Source of the DNA: an uncultured Candidatus Saccharibacteria bacterium
GTDB taxonomy: Bacteria; Patescibacteriota; Minisyncoccia; Phycocordibacterales; VMEP01
Direction of reading: 5' to 3'
Assembly (NCBI GenBank): GCA_964579635.1
Contig: CAZOFV010000002.1
Location: 1,371-65,370 of the forward strand
DNA length: 64,000 nt
Position numbers and translations under genes: made by a program. Shown here piece by piece: positions 49,534-58,418 of this stretch. Within the stretch, counting starts at the first letter, position 1. The number at the start of each line of letters is the position of its first letter. Under the pieces are notes generated by a model. It was not told the DNA's origin, ran no database searches, and saw nothing but the letters and a program-made list of their open reading frames with translations.

Positions 49534-49821
49534 TTACATCTTTTTAGCCGAACCAATGTTACTTGTCTTTTTTATTTTCCGAGAGCGATCTTTCAAGAAA
49601 AATGAAAATATCGGCAATTCAGAAAACCTATCAACAATGTCGTTTATTCTTTCAACTGCGTCAGATGATATTTGATTGAGGTTTGATGAAAATTTTTCAA
49701 GCTCTCTTAATATACGTATCATCGGAACAACAATAAAAACAAACAGAACACCGACCGTGATAACCGCGACAGAAACAACAAAGTTAAAAGTTATTTCTGA
49801 AAAAATAAATACTGTTTCCAT
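49534..49821 (-). CDS. Small membrane protein (TM + coiled coil, YtxG/DUF948-like)
   Basis: Single TM then amphipathic helix; upstream of the YtxH gene. Confidence 0.7.
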   Translation of the reverse strand: METVFIFSEITFNFVVSVAVITVGVLFVFIVVPMIRILRELEKFSSNLNQISSDAVERINDIVDRFSELPIFSFFLKDRSRKIKKTSNIGSAKKM

Positions 49822-49830
49822 GATAATAAC

Positions 49831-49856
49831 GCCGACTAAAGCAGTAATTTATTACA
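49831..49856 (-). promoter_or_regulatory. Putative ECF promoter
   Basis: TGTAAT-16-CGGC. Confidence 0.65.
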
Positions 49857-50007
49857 ATTGATATAAAGTAATATATGTGTTATTATTTAAGTAATAAATT
49901 TCCTTATTTTCTCTATTACGTAACTTTTGAGTAACTACTAAAACACTGCAAAATACCCCTTTTAAGCGGGAAAACCTACTGAATTACAAGACACGGTGTA
50001 ATAACAC

Positions 50008-50034
50008 TGTAATAAAGACCTCCTCTATTACGTC
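50008..50034 (+). promoter_or_regulatory. Putative autoregulatory ECF promoter
   Basis: TGTAAT-17-CGTC, 19 nt before the sigma ATG. Confidence 0.7.
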
Positions 50035-50053
50035 TTAATCTATAACAACTAAC

Positions 50054-50569
50054 ATGAAACCTAAACAAAAAGCTCAACAACAAAGAGCGTTAACTTCAGC
50101 GCACCGAGAATACGGAAAAGGGCTTAATTCTTACGCATTTTTTAAAACAAACAGCCATGAAATTGGCGAGGATTTAGTGCAAGACACATTCATGAAAACA
50201 TGGGCCTACCTTATTAAAGGTGGGAAAATTGATGTAATGAAGGCATTTCTTTATCACGTCCTTAACAATCTAATAGTGGATGAATATCGCAAACACAAAG
50301 CAACCTCACTGGATGTTCTTATTGAAAAAGGGTTTGATCCTGGAAATAACGAATCCTTAGAACTACTTACAAACTCTTTAGACAGCAAGGCAGCTATCTT
50401 ATTAATACAACAACTTCCAGAAGCATACAGAAAAGTAATGACCATGAGATACGCCCAAGATCTTTCACTTAAGGAAATATCACTTATAACAGGGAAAACA
50501 AAAAACGCTGTCGCTGTTCAACTACACCGAGGACTTGAAAAATTTAAAATATTATACGGCCACGCATAA
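50054..50569 (+). CDS. ECF-type sigma-70 factor
   Basis: Regions 2 and 4 only: EDLVQDTFMKTW, NLIVDEYRK, LSLKEIS..AVAVQLHRG. Confidence 0.92.
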   Translation: MKPKQKAQQQRALTSAHREYGKGLNSYAFFKTNSHEIGEDLVQDTFMKTWAYLIKGGKIDVMKAFLYHVLNNLIVDEYRKHKATSLDVLIEKGFDPGNNESLELLTNSLDSKAAILLIQQLPEAYRKVMTMRYAQDLSLKEISLITGKTKNAVAVQLHRGLEKFKILYGHA

Positions 50570-50575
50570 AAACAC

Positions 50576-50601
50576 TGTAATAAAATAAACCACGTTACGT
50601 C
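50576..50601 (+). promoter_or_regulatory. Putative ECF promoter
   Basis: TGTAAT-16-CGTC. Confidence 0.7.
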
Positions 50602-50631
50602 ATTAATGTATTACAGGTAATTTTTAAAAAC

Positions 50632-50763
50632 ATGCTTCAAACAATTATTATAGTGCTACTAATCCTTTGGTTGCTTGGCTTTAGTTTTAATTTCGGCGGT
50701 GAACTAATCCATACACTACTTGTTATTGTAGTCATTGCGCTTATTGTCAGATTATTTTACTGA
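50632..50763 (+). CDS. lmo0937/DUF5670-like small membrane protein (43 aa; not in the ORF track)
   Basis: MLQTIIIVLLILWLLGFSFNFGGELIHTLLVIVVIALIVRLFY; WLLG..GG.IH.LLV pattern. Confidence 0.85.
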   Translation: MLQTIIIVLLILWLLGFSFNFGGELIHTLLVIVVIALIVRLFY

Positions 50764-50776
50764 TTAAAATTTCAGT

Positions 50777-50828
50777 ATTCATAAAAAAAGAGACTGTGTT
50801 ATATAACACAGTCTCTTTTTTTATGAAT
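50777..50828. terminator. Perfect 52-bp palindrome / bidirectional terminator
   Basis: ATTCATAAAAAAAGAGACTGTGTTAT|ATAACACAGTCTCTTTTTTTATGAAT between convergent units. Confidence 0.85.
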
Positions 50829-50832
50829 TTAT

Positions 50833-50907
50833 TGGAGCCGCCTCTCGGATTTGAACCGAGGACCCTCGCTTTACAAAAGCGACGCTCTACCACTGAGCTA
50901 AGGCGGC
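50833..50907 (-). tRNA. tRNA-Thr(UGU) with encoded CCA
   Basis: GCCGCCT acceptor stem, TCGCT-TTTGTAA-AGCGA anticodon arm, GGTTCAAATCC T-arm. Confidence 0.97.
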
Positions 50908-50923
50908 AATTATTTCTTAAAAA

Positions 50924-51322
50924 CTAAACGACTTTATCAGCCTCTCCGTTTCTAAAACTATCTTTGTGTTCAGATATGTCTTTTAAGAAAAAAGAAGCTG
51001 TTCCTTTTTCACTATCTCCGTTATTAATTGACGGAACAGACACAGAAAAATGCTCTACCCTCTCATCAATAAATTTTTTTGCTATTTTATAAAAATTTAT
51101 TAATAAACGGGAAACAATAACTGAAACTTTTTGCAATTTACTAAGAACGAAAGATGATATTTTATTGAGTGTCTTTTCCCATTCAAAAACAGAAAAAATC
51201 TCCATTATCTCATACTCTTCTCCTGCTACTACCCTGCCTTTCCTTATACTCCATACTCTAGCAAAAACCATACCAGAAATTGCTATTGCAAAAACCAAGG
51301 AGAATATAAACGGTAAAAGCAT
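50924..51322 (-). CDS. Hypothetical membrane-anchored protein
   Basis: N-terminal TM; fills the tsf-tRNA gap. Confidence 0.7.
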   Translation of the reverse strand: MLLPFIFSLVFAIAISGMVFARVWSIRKGRVVAGEEYEIMEIFSVFEWEKTLNKISSFVLSKLQKVSVIVSRLLINFYKIAKKFIDERVEHFSVSVPSINNGDSEKGTASFFLKDISEHKDSFRNGEADKVV

Positions 51323-51334
51323 ACCTACAATATA

Positions 51335-51928
51335 CTACACACTTGAAGAAAAACGTGCAAAGCGAGTCACTTCAATTCTCTCGCCAAACTTCTGAACAGC
51401 CTCATCTACCAAAGCCCCAACGGTAACATCACCATTCTTCACAAATGGCTGTTCGAGCAAAGCACGCTCTGCAAAATAAGTGTTCAATTTTCCAGAAACA
51501 ACCTTCTCCTTAACAGCTGGGTCGGTCTTACCAGAAGCCACTGCTTCTTCTTCAAAAACCTTTTTTAAATCGTTAATCGTTTCCTCAGAAACTTCTTCAC
51601 GGCTAACAAACTCTGGGTTTGCTGCGGCAATATGCATAGCTATATCATAAGCAAGTTTTTTAAACTCTTCGTTCTTAGAAACGAAATCTGTTTCAGAAGA
51701 AAGTAAAACCATAGAGCCAACAGCTCCACCAAGATGAATATACGACTGAATAGTTCCAGCCCCCAAAGTTCTGTCTCCTTTTTTACCAGCAATATCTTTA
51801 CTTTTACGCTTTAAGATTTCAATTGCTTTTTCTTTGTCACCCTGAGCTTCCTCAAGAGCTTTTTTACACTGCATAACAGACACACCGGTCATGTCACGCA
51901 ATTCCTTAACTTGATCCATCGTTACCAT
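51335..51928 (-). CDS. tsf: Elongation factor Ts (short form)
   Basis: VKELRDMTGVSVMQCKKAL, ETDFV, AMHIAA. Confidence 0.96.
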   Translation of the reverse strand: MVTMDQVKELRDMTGVSVMQCKKALEEAQGDKEKAIEILKRKSKDIAGKKGDRTLGAGTIQSYIHLGGAVGSMVLLSSETDFVSKNEEFKKLAYDIAMHIAAANPEFVSREEVSEETINDLKKVFEEEAVASGKTDPAVKEKVVSGKLNTYFAERALLEQPFVKNGDVTVGALVDEAVQKFGERIEVTRFARFSSSV

Positions 51929-51956
51929 GGTTTAAATAAAGAGCTTATGAATAAAT

Positions 51957-52670
51957 TTACTTAACAACCTCACGCATAAGAGCACCTTCCTGATATGCGT
52001 TTACGATACTTTCAACAAAAAGTTTAATACTTGAAGTTGAAGCATCGTTACCAATAATTGGATATGTGATAACTGAAACATCACAATCTGAGTTTGAGAT
52101 ACTAACAACCGGAACCTTAACATTTTTTGCTTCTGCAATTGCAATTGTTTCCTTTTTAGAATCAACAACAAACATTGCACCCGGCATAGCTTTTAAAGAA
52201 ATCAAACCAAAGAAATATCGATTAAGTCTTCCTAATTCTAAATCAATAACCAAGCGTTCCTTTTTTGTATAGCGAGCAATTGTTCCTTTTTCTTTTTCAT
52301 CATTAATCTGAAGAAGTCTTTCAACGCGCTTTCTGATTTCTGGGAGGTTGGTCAAAGTGCCACCAATCCAACGCTCTGTAACAAATGGCATATCAATCGA
52401 CTGTGCTGCTTCTTTTACTATATCTCGAGCTTCTGGTTTAGAACCAACAAAAATAATTTGCTTTCCTTGTTTTCCTAGTTCTCTAACAAAATCACATGCT
52501 GTTTCAAGCATTTGAGTGGTTTTTTCAAGATCTATAACATCAGAATGATTTTTTGAACCTAATAGAGCCTTTTTGACTGAAGGATGACGTCTTGTACGAG
52601 AATAACCAAAATGAGCCCCTGCCTTAAGCAATGCTTCCATATTTGGTGTTTCTTTAGTGTTTTTCTGCAT
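51957..52670 (-). CDS. rpsB: 30S ribosomal protein S2
   Basis: AGAHFG, RWIGGTLTN, IIGND. Confidence 0.96.
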   Translation of the reverse strand: MQKNTKETPNMEALLKAGAHFGYSRTRRHPSVKKALLGSKNHSDVIDLEKTTQMLETACDFVRELGKQGKQIIFVGSKPEARDIVKEAAQSIDMPFVTERWIGGTLTNLPEIRKRVERLLQINDEKEKGTIARYTKKERLVIDLELGRLNRYFFGLISLKAMPGAMFVVDSKKETIAIAEAKNVKVPVVSISNSDCDVSVITYPIIGNDASTSSIKLFVESIVNAYQEGALMREVVK

Positions 52671-52767
52671 ATTTTAAATTATCGGGGCCTAAACCCCGTA
52701 GAAGTTCCTATACTAACAAAAAGGTCTATTTGAAGCAACCCATAACCACCAAAATCATTGGTGGTGC

Positions 52768-53757
52768 TTAATCTTCGTCTCCCCCGCCCTCTCCAACTTT
52801 CGGTAACACTCCATCAAACTTTTCAAATGTTCTTATTATTGGATCAAGATTACCAGCAAGTATTCCTTCAATATTATGCCAAGACTGTTTAATTCGATGA
52901 TCTGTAATACGATCTTGAAGAACATTATATGTGCGAATTTTTTCTGAACGATCACGAGTCCCGATTTGGCTTTTCTTTTCAGCAGAAAGCTTGTTGAATT
53001 CTTCTTCTTCTTTCATCATAGAAAGGCGCGCCGAAAGCATTTCAAAAGCTTTTTCGCGATTTTTTAACTGACTCCTCTCACTCTGACAACGCACCGCAAC
53101 TCCTGTTGGTTTATGAATAAGACGAACGGCTGTTTCAACTTTGTTAACATTTTGCCCTCCAGCACCACCGGAACGAGAAAGCTCCATCTCCACGTCACTT
53201 GGAGATATTGTAAAAGAAAAACGAGTACGTATTGGCAAAACAGAAACAGAAGCTGTCGATGTGTGTACTCGACCAGATTTTTCTGTCGCAGGAATTCTTT
53301 GAACTCGGTGAACTCCGGTCTCAAACTGAAGTGCTTCATAAGCACCCTTACCCTTCACTTCAAATGACGCATCTTTATATCCACCAAGCTCACTTCGAGA
53401 TTCATCAAGTCTTGTCACAGACCAATTACGCGATATAGCATATCGCTCATACATGGTAGTTAATTCTTCCGCAAAAAGCGCAGCCTCTTCCCCACCCGCT
53501 CCAGCGTAAACTTCCAAAATTGCTCCAGTTGGTTTAGCGACTTCCTCTTTTTCTGAATCAAAAATTGTTTCTATTTGTTTTTCTATTGTTTCTTTTTGCT
53601 CACTAATTCTTTTTAGGTCTTCCTCTGCAAGTTCACTCATTGACGGATCGTTCTCTACCATCGTGCGAACATCTTCTTCTTCTTTAAGCAACTTCTCAAA
53701 CTGTGTCGCAAGATATGCGGTTTTAGAATTTTTTTTAGCGCTCTCAAGATCTTCCAT
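52768..53757 (-). CDS. prfA: Peptide chain release factor 1
   Basis: [12 protein letters not shown] (PxT), GGQNVNK, IRTYN. Confidence 0.93.
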   Translation of the reverse strand: MEDLESAKKNSKTAYLATQFEKLLKEEEDVRTMVENDPSMSELAEEDLKRISEQKETIEKQIETIFDSEKEEVAKPTGAILEVYAGAGGEEAALFAEELTTMYERYAISRNWSVTRLDESRSELGGYKDASFEVKGKGAYEALQFETGVHRVQRIPATEKSGRVHTSTASVSVLPIRTRFSFTISPSDVEMELSRSGGAGGQNVNKVETAVRLIHKPTGVAVRCQSERSQLKNREKAFEMLSARLSMMKEEEEFNKLSAEKKSQIGTRDRSEKIRTYNVLQDRITDHRIKQSWHNIEGILAGNLDPIIRTFEKFDGVLPKVGEGGGDED

Positions 53758-53814
53758 AATTTTTTTAGAAAAAGAAAAAACAGCAATTATCTCGCTGTTT
53801 TTCTTACTGATTAT

Positions 53815-54048
53815 CTAAGACTTCTTAGCTACTTTCTTAACTGGTTCCGCTGCTGCTCTTCGCTTCTTGAATCTTTCAACGCGACCAGCGGTATCGATAA
53901 CCTTTTCGTTACCTGTATAGAATGGGTGGCAAGAACTACAAATTTCAACGTTTATCTCTGGCAAGCCAGAAGAAACGACATATGTCGCTCCACAGGCGCA
54001 AGTGGCCTTGATTTCATCGTTATATTTAGGATGGATATCTTTCTTCAT
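53815..54048 (-). CDS. rpmE: 50S ribosomal protein L31 (Zn-binding type)
   Basis: MKKDIHP, CACG, CSSCHPFYTG. Confidence 0.97.
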   Translation of the reverse strand: MKKDIHPKYNDEIKATCACGATYVVSSGLPEINVEICSSCHPFYTGNEKVIDTAGRVERFKKRRAAAEPVKKVAKKS

Positions 54049-54056
54049 AAGCCCGT

Positions 54057-54085
54057 ACTTTACTAGAAAGCGCTCAAATTTGCAA
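54057..54085 (-). promoter_or_regulatory. Leaderless promoter of rpmE
   Basis: TTGCAA-17-TAAAGT, 8 nt before the ATG. Confidence 0.72.
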
Positions 54086-54098
54086 ATGTGTCTTTTTC

Positions 54099-54189
54099 AC
54101 TTTTCCTTTTTAAAAACACGATAAAATTCTGCTGAATTTTTCTCTACTCGCGCTCATCGCGCTCCGTAAGGTTTTTAAAAAGGAAAAGT
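54099..54189 (-). repeat. 91-nt structured element, copy C (upstream of rpmE)
   Basis: 19-bp perfect terminal stem; same AAAATTC-TGCT-GAATTTT hairpin as copy B. Confidence 0.85.
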
Positions 54190-54224
54190 CTAGATTTTTT
54201 AAGAAAAATCAGGGTAAAAATGAA

Positions 54225-55613
54225 CTACACCCCCTTCAAGAAATCAATATTGGCCTGAATATCTTCAGCTTTTTGCAAAACCTGTGTCCCATAAAAAGAG
54301 TTGGCTGGTCTTTGGTTATCACATCTCCTGCCAGAATAATACCTACAGGCTGCGTTTCTTTCAGCGCTATAACTACCACTCACCGCCCCAAGGTCTGACA
54401 GATAAATTGCTGTTGCCGTAAACGAGTGTTCTGGATTCCATGGATTTGCTTCATTTTGAGAAACACCAACAGCGCTTGCTATACGCTTCTTGAAAAGTTC
54501 CCATGTTGAAGGAATAAATTGTGAAGGACCCATTCCCCCACCATAACCGCGAGAAGACGACCACGTAGCCTTAGGAGGACATGATACTGGTGTAATTTTC
54601 CAATCCAAATTTAATCTATTTGTAATATCTTTAAACGGTTCTGTATCTCTTGGTGATTTCATTACTTTCTCAAAAAATGTCCCCGTATTTTTACCAACAC
54701 CATCACCTGTATCAAGACTAGATAAAATACATGAGCCCTGGTTTTTACCAAGATCAGATTCTTGGGTGAGGATTGCTAAGATAAGCGCTGGTCTAATGCC
54801 GGTCTTTTCGCTGGCAAAATTTGCATACTCAAGAGCTTTGGCGAAAGGAATTCCTTCACTATCGCGAAGCTTAAAAAGAGCTGCCCTGATTTGTGCGGCC
54901 CTTTTCTGCCTTTCACTCAACACAGCCTGATACCCACTTGCTTCAGTTTTTGTAATAGCTAGAAGTTTTTTCTTTTCAGATTCTGTTTGAGCAATTGTTT
55001 TTTTCTTCACCTCTACAACATATTTTGCATCAGCTTCTTCGTTTTTTTGTTTATCTAATTTTTGGCGCTCTTCTTCGGTAATAGCCTTAACTTCTCGTAC
55101 GTTAGTAAAATGTTCCTTCATTTCATTTTTTATTGAATCGTAAGAATCAATATCCTGAAAAAACTCCGAGACACTTTCCTCAGAGAAAAATACTTCAGCT
55201 AAAGTTTTGGAATCTATCTCATTTGTTTTTCTTATAATCTGTGCGAGTGACCTGCGCCCATCATCAAGTTTTCCTTCGAGAGTTTTAATTTTTTTACTTT
55301 TATCAGCGATTTGTGTGCCAAGTTTTGAAATAGCTATATTTTTTTGCCTTATCATTAATTCCGCTTCTTTTATTTTTGCGGTAAGGATAGAGATATCTCC
55401 TTGGATAGTGTTAGCTTTCTGCCTGGTGTCATCTAAAATTTTCTGCCAATTACCAATTTCTTTCTGCAGAGCATCGTATTCAGCCTGAAGTTTTGCCTCT
55501 TGTTGTGCCACCTGATCTGCCGATTGAGCACTAACAATAAACCCAGGTACTAGAAAAATACCAAACAAAACTATCACTAAAACTAATTTATTAAAGAAAA
55601 TATTAAATTTCAT
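54225..55613 (-). CDS. Secreted coiled-coil protein with C-terminal lytic transglycosylase domain
   Basis: Signal peptide, long coiled coil, AILTQES, GGMGPSQFIPSTW. Confidence 0.85.
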   Translation of the reverse strand: MKFNIFFNKLVLVIVLFGIFLVPGFIVSAQSADQVAQQEAKLQAEYDALQKEIGNWQKILDDTRQKANTIQGDISILTAKIKEAELMIRQKNIAISKLGTQIADKSKKIKTLEGKLDDGRRSLAQIIRKTNEIDSKTLAEVFFSEESVSEFFQDIDSYDSIKNEMKEHFTNVREVKAITEEERQKLDKQKNEEADAKYVVEVKKKTIAQTESEKKKLLAITKTEASGYQAVLSERQKRAAQIRAALFKLRDSEGIPFAKALEYANFASEKTGIRPALILAILTQESDLGKNQGSCILSSLDTGDGVGKNTGTFFEKVMKSPRDTEPFKDITNRLNLDWKITPVSCPPKATWSSSRGYGGGMGPSQFIPSTWELFKKRIASAVGVSQNEANPWNPEHSFTATAIYLSDLGAVSGSYSAERNAACRYYSGRRCDNQRPANSFYGTQVLQKAEDIQANIDFLKGV

Positions 55614-55743
55614 ATAGGAAACTAAAAAACCAAGGAACACTTCGCTCCTATCTATATATTCTATCTCAACAGACTAATTGAAGCCACCGCCATAAATTAA
55701 AAAAGAAGACCTTAAGTCTTCTTTTTTAAAAAAAATATTTAGA

Positions 55744-56385
55744 TTATTTTTCTTCTTCGCTAGATTCTTCTTCTTTCTTCCCTTTCTTTTCAACTTCAAT
55801 TGAAGAAAGATCAATTGATGCGACTGGTGTCTCTTCTTCTTTTGCTGCTTCTGAAACCAAAGCAACGATTTCCTCTCCTTTAGTTATAGCCGTAACACCT
55901 TTTGGCATAACGATATCTTTAACTGTGATATGCCCATCAATAGCTGTAAGGGTGGAAATATCGACATTAATATTGTGTGGAAGATCTTGTGGAAGAGCTT
56001 CAACTTCAATTTCATGCAAAACCTTAACCAAAATACCTCCCAAATCTTTAACTGCAGGAGATTCACCGATAAACTCAAGATGAACCTCAACTTGGGTCTT
56101 TTTGTCTTTTTCAACTACGTAAAAATCAACATGAACAGGTTCGTGACGGATTGGCTCATACTGGACATCGTGTACCAAAACATCAGTATTACCGCTTGCT
56201 CCCTTTAGACGAACGATGGAAGACTCCCCTGCATCTTTCAAAACTTTTTTAAACTGGACCTTATCTATAAAGAATGAAGTCGATTTTGCTTTTGGTCCGT
56301 AGAAAACAGCAGGAATACGCCCGCTTTTTCTTACGTCTGCGAGATTTGCCTTAACATCTCTTTCTTCTATTTCTAGTTCAAACAT
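55744..56385 (-). CDS. rplY: 50S ribosomal protein L25/Ctc
   Basis: RKSGRIPAVFYG, HVDFY; ATG 56385 lies 7 nt after TATAAT. Confidence 0.95.
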   Translation of the reverse strand: MFELEIEERDVKANLADVRKSGRIPAVFYGPKAKSTSFFIDKVQFKKVLKDAGESSIVRLKGASGNTDVLVHDVQYEPIRHEPVHVDFYVVEKDKKTQVEVHLEFIGESPAVKDLGGILVKVLHEIEVEALPQDLPHNINVDISTLTAIDGHITVKDIVMPKGVTAITKGEEIVALVSEAAKEEETPVASIDLSSIEVEKKGKKEEESSEEEK

Positions 56386-56453
56386 GGCGGACATTATACA
56401 CAACCAAATAAAATTGTGAAGCCTTTAAATAATAGATATTTTTTAGGTGAAAA

Positions 56454-57320
56454 TTAAACACTACTAAACATCGTTATGTAATTTTTTACGAAATTTTTAA
56501 GATCCTCAACAACGGATGCATCGTATTTATATGGAGCAACCTCGTTTTTCTCTATACTTTCATCTATAGCCTCTTTTGTTGATTTCTGATAAAGAACCCT
56601 CATCTCCGTACTAATGTGGATAATTCTTATTCCAGCACGAATAGCTTCTTTAAAGTCTTCCGGAGATATTCCAGAACCACCATGTAAAACAAGCGGTGTT
56701 TTAATGGCATTTTTTAGATCTTTAATCGCTTCTATATTTAGCGCCGGATTTCCAATACCTTTAATAAACCCGTGGATGTTTCCGACCGACGGCGCAAACA
56801 AATCTATACCAGTAGCATTTATAAAATTTTCGGCTTCTTCTTTTTTTGTAAAGTTCTTCAAATCAATTCCTTCAGGAATAGCGTCTATCACTTGTGACGA
56901 AGTCCCAATGTAACCAACTTCTGCTTCAACAAGAACGTCTTTACCACTAGCACGAGCATAATCAACACATCTTTTTGTAATTTCGATATTCTCTAAAAGA
57001 GACAATTTTGCTCCATCAAAAATAACGGCGTCGAAACCGGCGTCAATCGCTTCTTTAGTACGTTCAAACGAATAAGAATGGTCTGCGTTCAAAAAAATCG
57101 GAAAATCATATTCTTCTCGCAGGCTACGAACCAAAGCAACAACTTGTTCGACTCCAATATAATCTCTCTCCCCCTCAGAAACACCGACAATAACGGGCAT
57201 ATTCAATTCTTTTGCCGCTTCAAAAACACCTTTTAACATCTCCAAATTTGAAATATTAAAATGACCAATTGCGATACCTTTCTCGTCAGCTTCTTTAATA
57301 ACCTCGCGTAGTGATTTCAT
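56454..57320 (-). CDS. fba: Class II fructose-bisphosphate aldolase
   Basis: LNADH, VEAEVG, GNIHG, LHGGSG. Confidence 0.92.
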   Translation of the reverse strand: MKSLREVIKEADEKGIAIGHFNISNLEMLKGVFEAAKELNMPVIVGVSEGERDYIGVEQVVALVRSLREEYDFPIFLNADHSYSFERTKEAIDAGFDAVIFDGAKLSLLENIEITKRCVDYARASGKDVLVEAEVGYIGTSSQVIDAIPEGIDLKNFTKKEEAENFINATGIDLFAPSVGNIHGFIKGIGNPALNIEAIKDLKNAIKTPLVLHGGSGISPEDFKEAIRAGIRIIHISTEMRVLYQKSTKEAIDESIEKNEVAPYKYDASVVEDLKNFVKNYITMFSSV

Positions 57321-57421
57321 TTGAAAATTATTATAACACGCAGTTTTTCTTAGCACATCTTGCTATAATTTTACACCATAAATGCTTTCACTCCGCCATC
57401 TAAAAATGTTAAAATAAACAC

Positions 57422-58411
57422 ATGGCCTTCGACATCATCGCAATTGGAGATACAGTTATCGACGACTTTATTCGTCTTAGTGATTCTTCTAACAGTAAAG
57501 TAGACGAGGAAAAAAATCTCCTTTGTATCCCGTTTCGAAACAAAGTTCCTTTTGAATTTTCAAAATTAGTTTCAGCTGTTGGCAACAGTCCAAACGCGGC
57601 GGTCTCTGGGGCAAGGCTTGGATTAAAAACCGCCATCGTCACAAACGTTGGACACGACTCAAACGGAAAACTTTGTATAGATACTTTTAGAAAAGAGTTA
57701 GTCTCCACTGATTTTATCCGCCAACACGATGGCAAAAAAACCAACTATCACTACGTTTTGTGGCTTGAAAATGACAGAACAATTTTAATAAAACATGAAG
57801 AATTCCCTTATGAATTACCACTTTTTGAACCACCTAAGTGGCTTTATCTAAGCTCCCTTGGCGAGCACTCTCTTTCTTTCCATAAAAAAATTGCTGATTA
57901 TTGCAACGAAAATCCGCGTGTTAAATTAGCCTTTCAACCAGGTACATACCAAATGAAATTTGGGCACGAATCGTTGCGTCACATATACGAACGTTCTGAT
58001 TTTTTTATTTGTAATATCGAGGAAGCACAATTAATTTTAAACACCAGCGAAAACGATAAGAAGAAATTGCTCTCTGCAATGCGAGAGCTTGGACCAAAAA
58101 TTGTTGTCTTAACGGATGGACCGCTCGGCGCATACCTTTCATACGCAGACGAAAATTGGTTTATTCCGTTATACCCAGACCACAGAGAAGCATATGAACG
58201 AACCGGTGCGGGAGACGCCTTTGCTTCAACGTTCGTATCTGCCCTTGCATTGGGGAAAAGTCCACTTGAAGCATTCACTTGGGCGCCAGTAAACTCAATG
58301 TCTGTTGTACAAAAAATCGGAGCACAGGAAGGATTGCTCTCGCGCGCAAAGCTAGAAGAATTATTAAAGAAGGCCGTCGCCGAAGAAGAGTGGCGCCCAC
58401 AAAAAATATAA
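57422..58411 (+). CDS. PfkB-family carbohydrate kinase
   Basis: GNSPNAAV..RLG, ERTGAGDAF. Confidence 0.92.
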   Translation: MAFDIIAIGDTVIDDFIRLSDSSNSKVDEEKNLLCIPFRNKVPFEFSKLVSAVGNSPNAAVSGARLGLKTAIVTNVGHDSNGKLCIDTFRKELVSTDFIRQHDGKKTNYHYVLWLENDRTILIKHEEFPYELPLFEPPKWLYLSSLGEHSLSFHKKIADYCNENPRVKLAFQPGTYQMKFGHESLRHIYERSDFFICNIEEAQLILNTSENDKKKLLSAMRELGPKIVVLTDGPLGAYLSYADENWFIPLYPDHREAYERTGAGDAFASTFVSALALGKSPLEAFTWAPVNSMSVVQKIGAQEGLLSRAKLEELLKKAVAEEEWRPQKI

Positions 58412-58418
58412 TATTTAA

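Noticed and set aside
42811-50907. ECF/sortase region as an integrase-mobilised island at tRNA-Thr
   Set aside because: No integrase and no duplicated tRNA 3' end found at the far boundary; kept only as a functional cluster.
20158-54189. The 90-nt elements as simple intrinsic terminators, tRNA fragments or hammerhead ribozymes
   Set aside because: They have a conserved multi-branch interior and no consistent U-tract, no T-loop or anticodon arm, and no CUGANGA/GAAA core.
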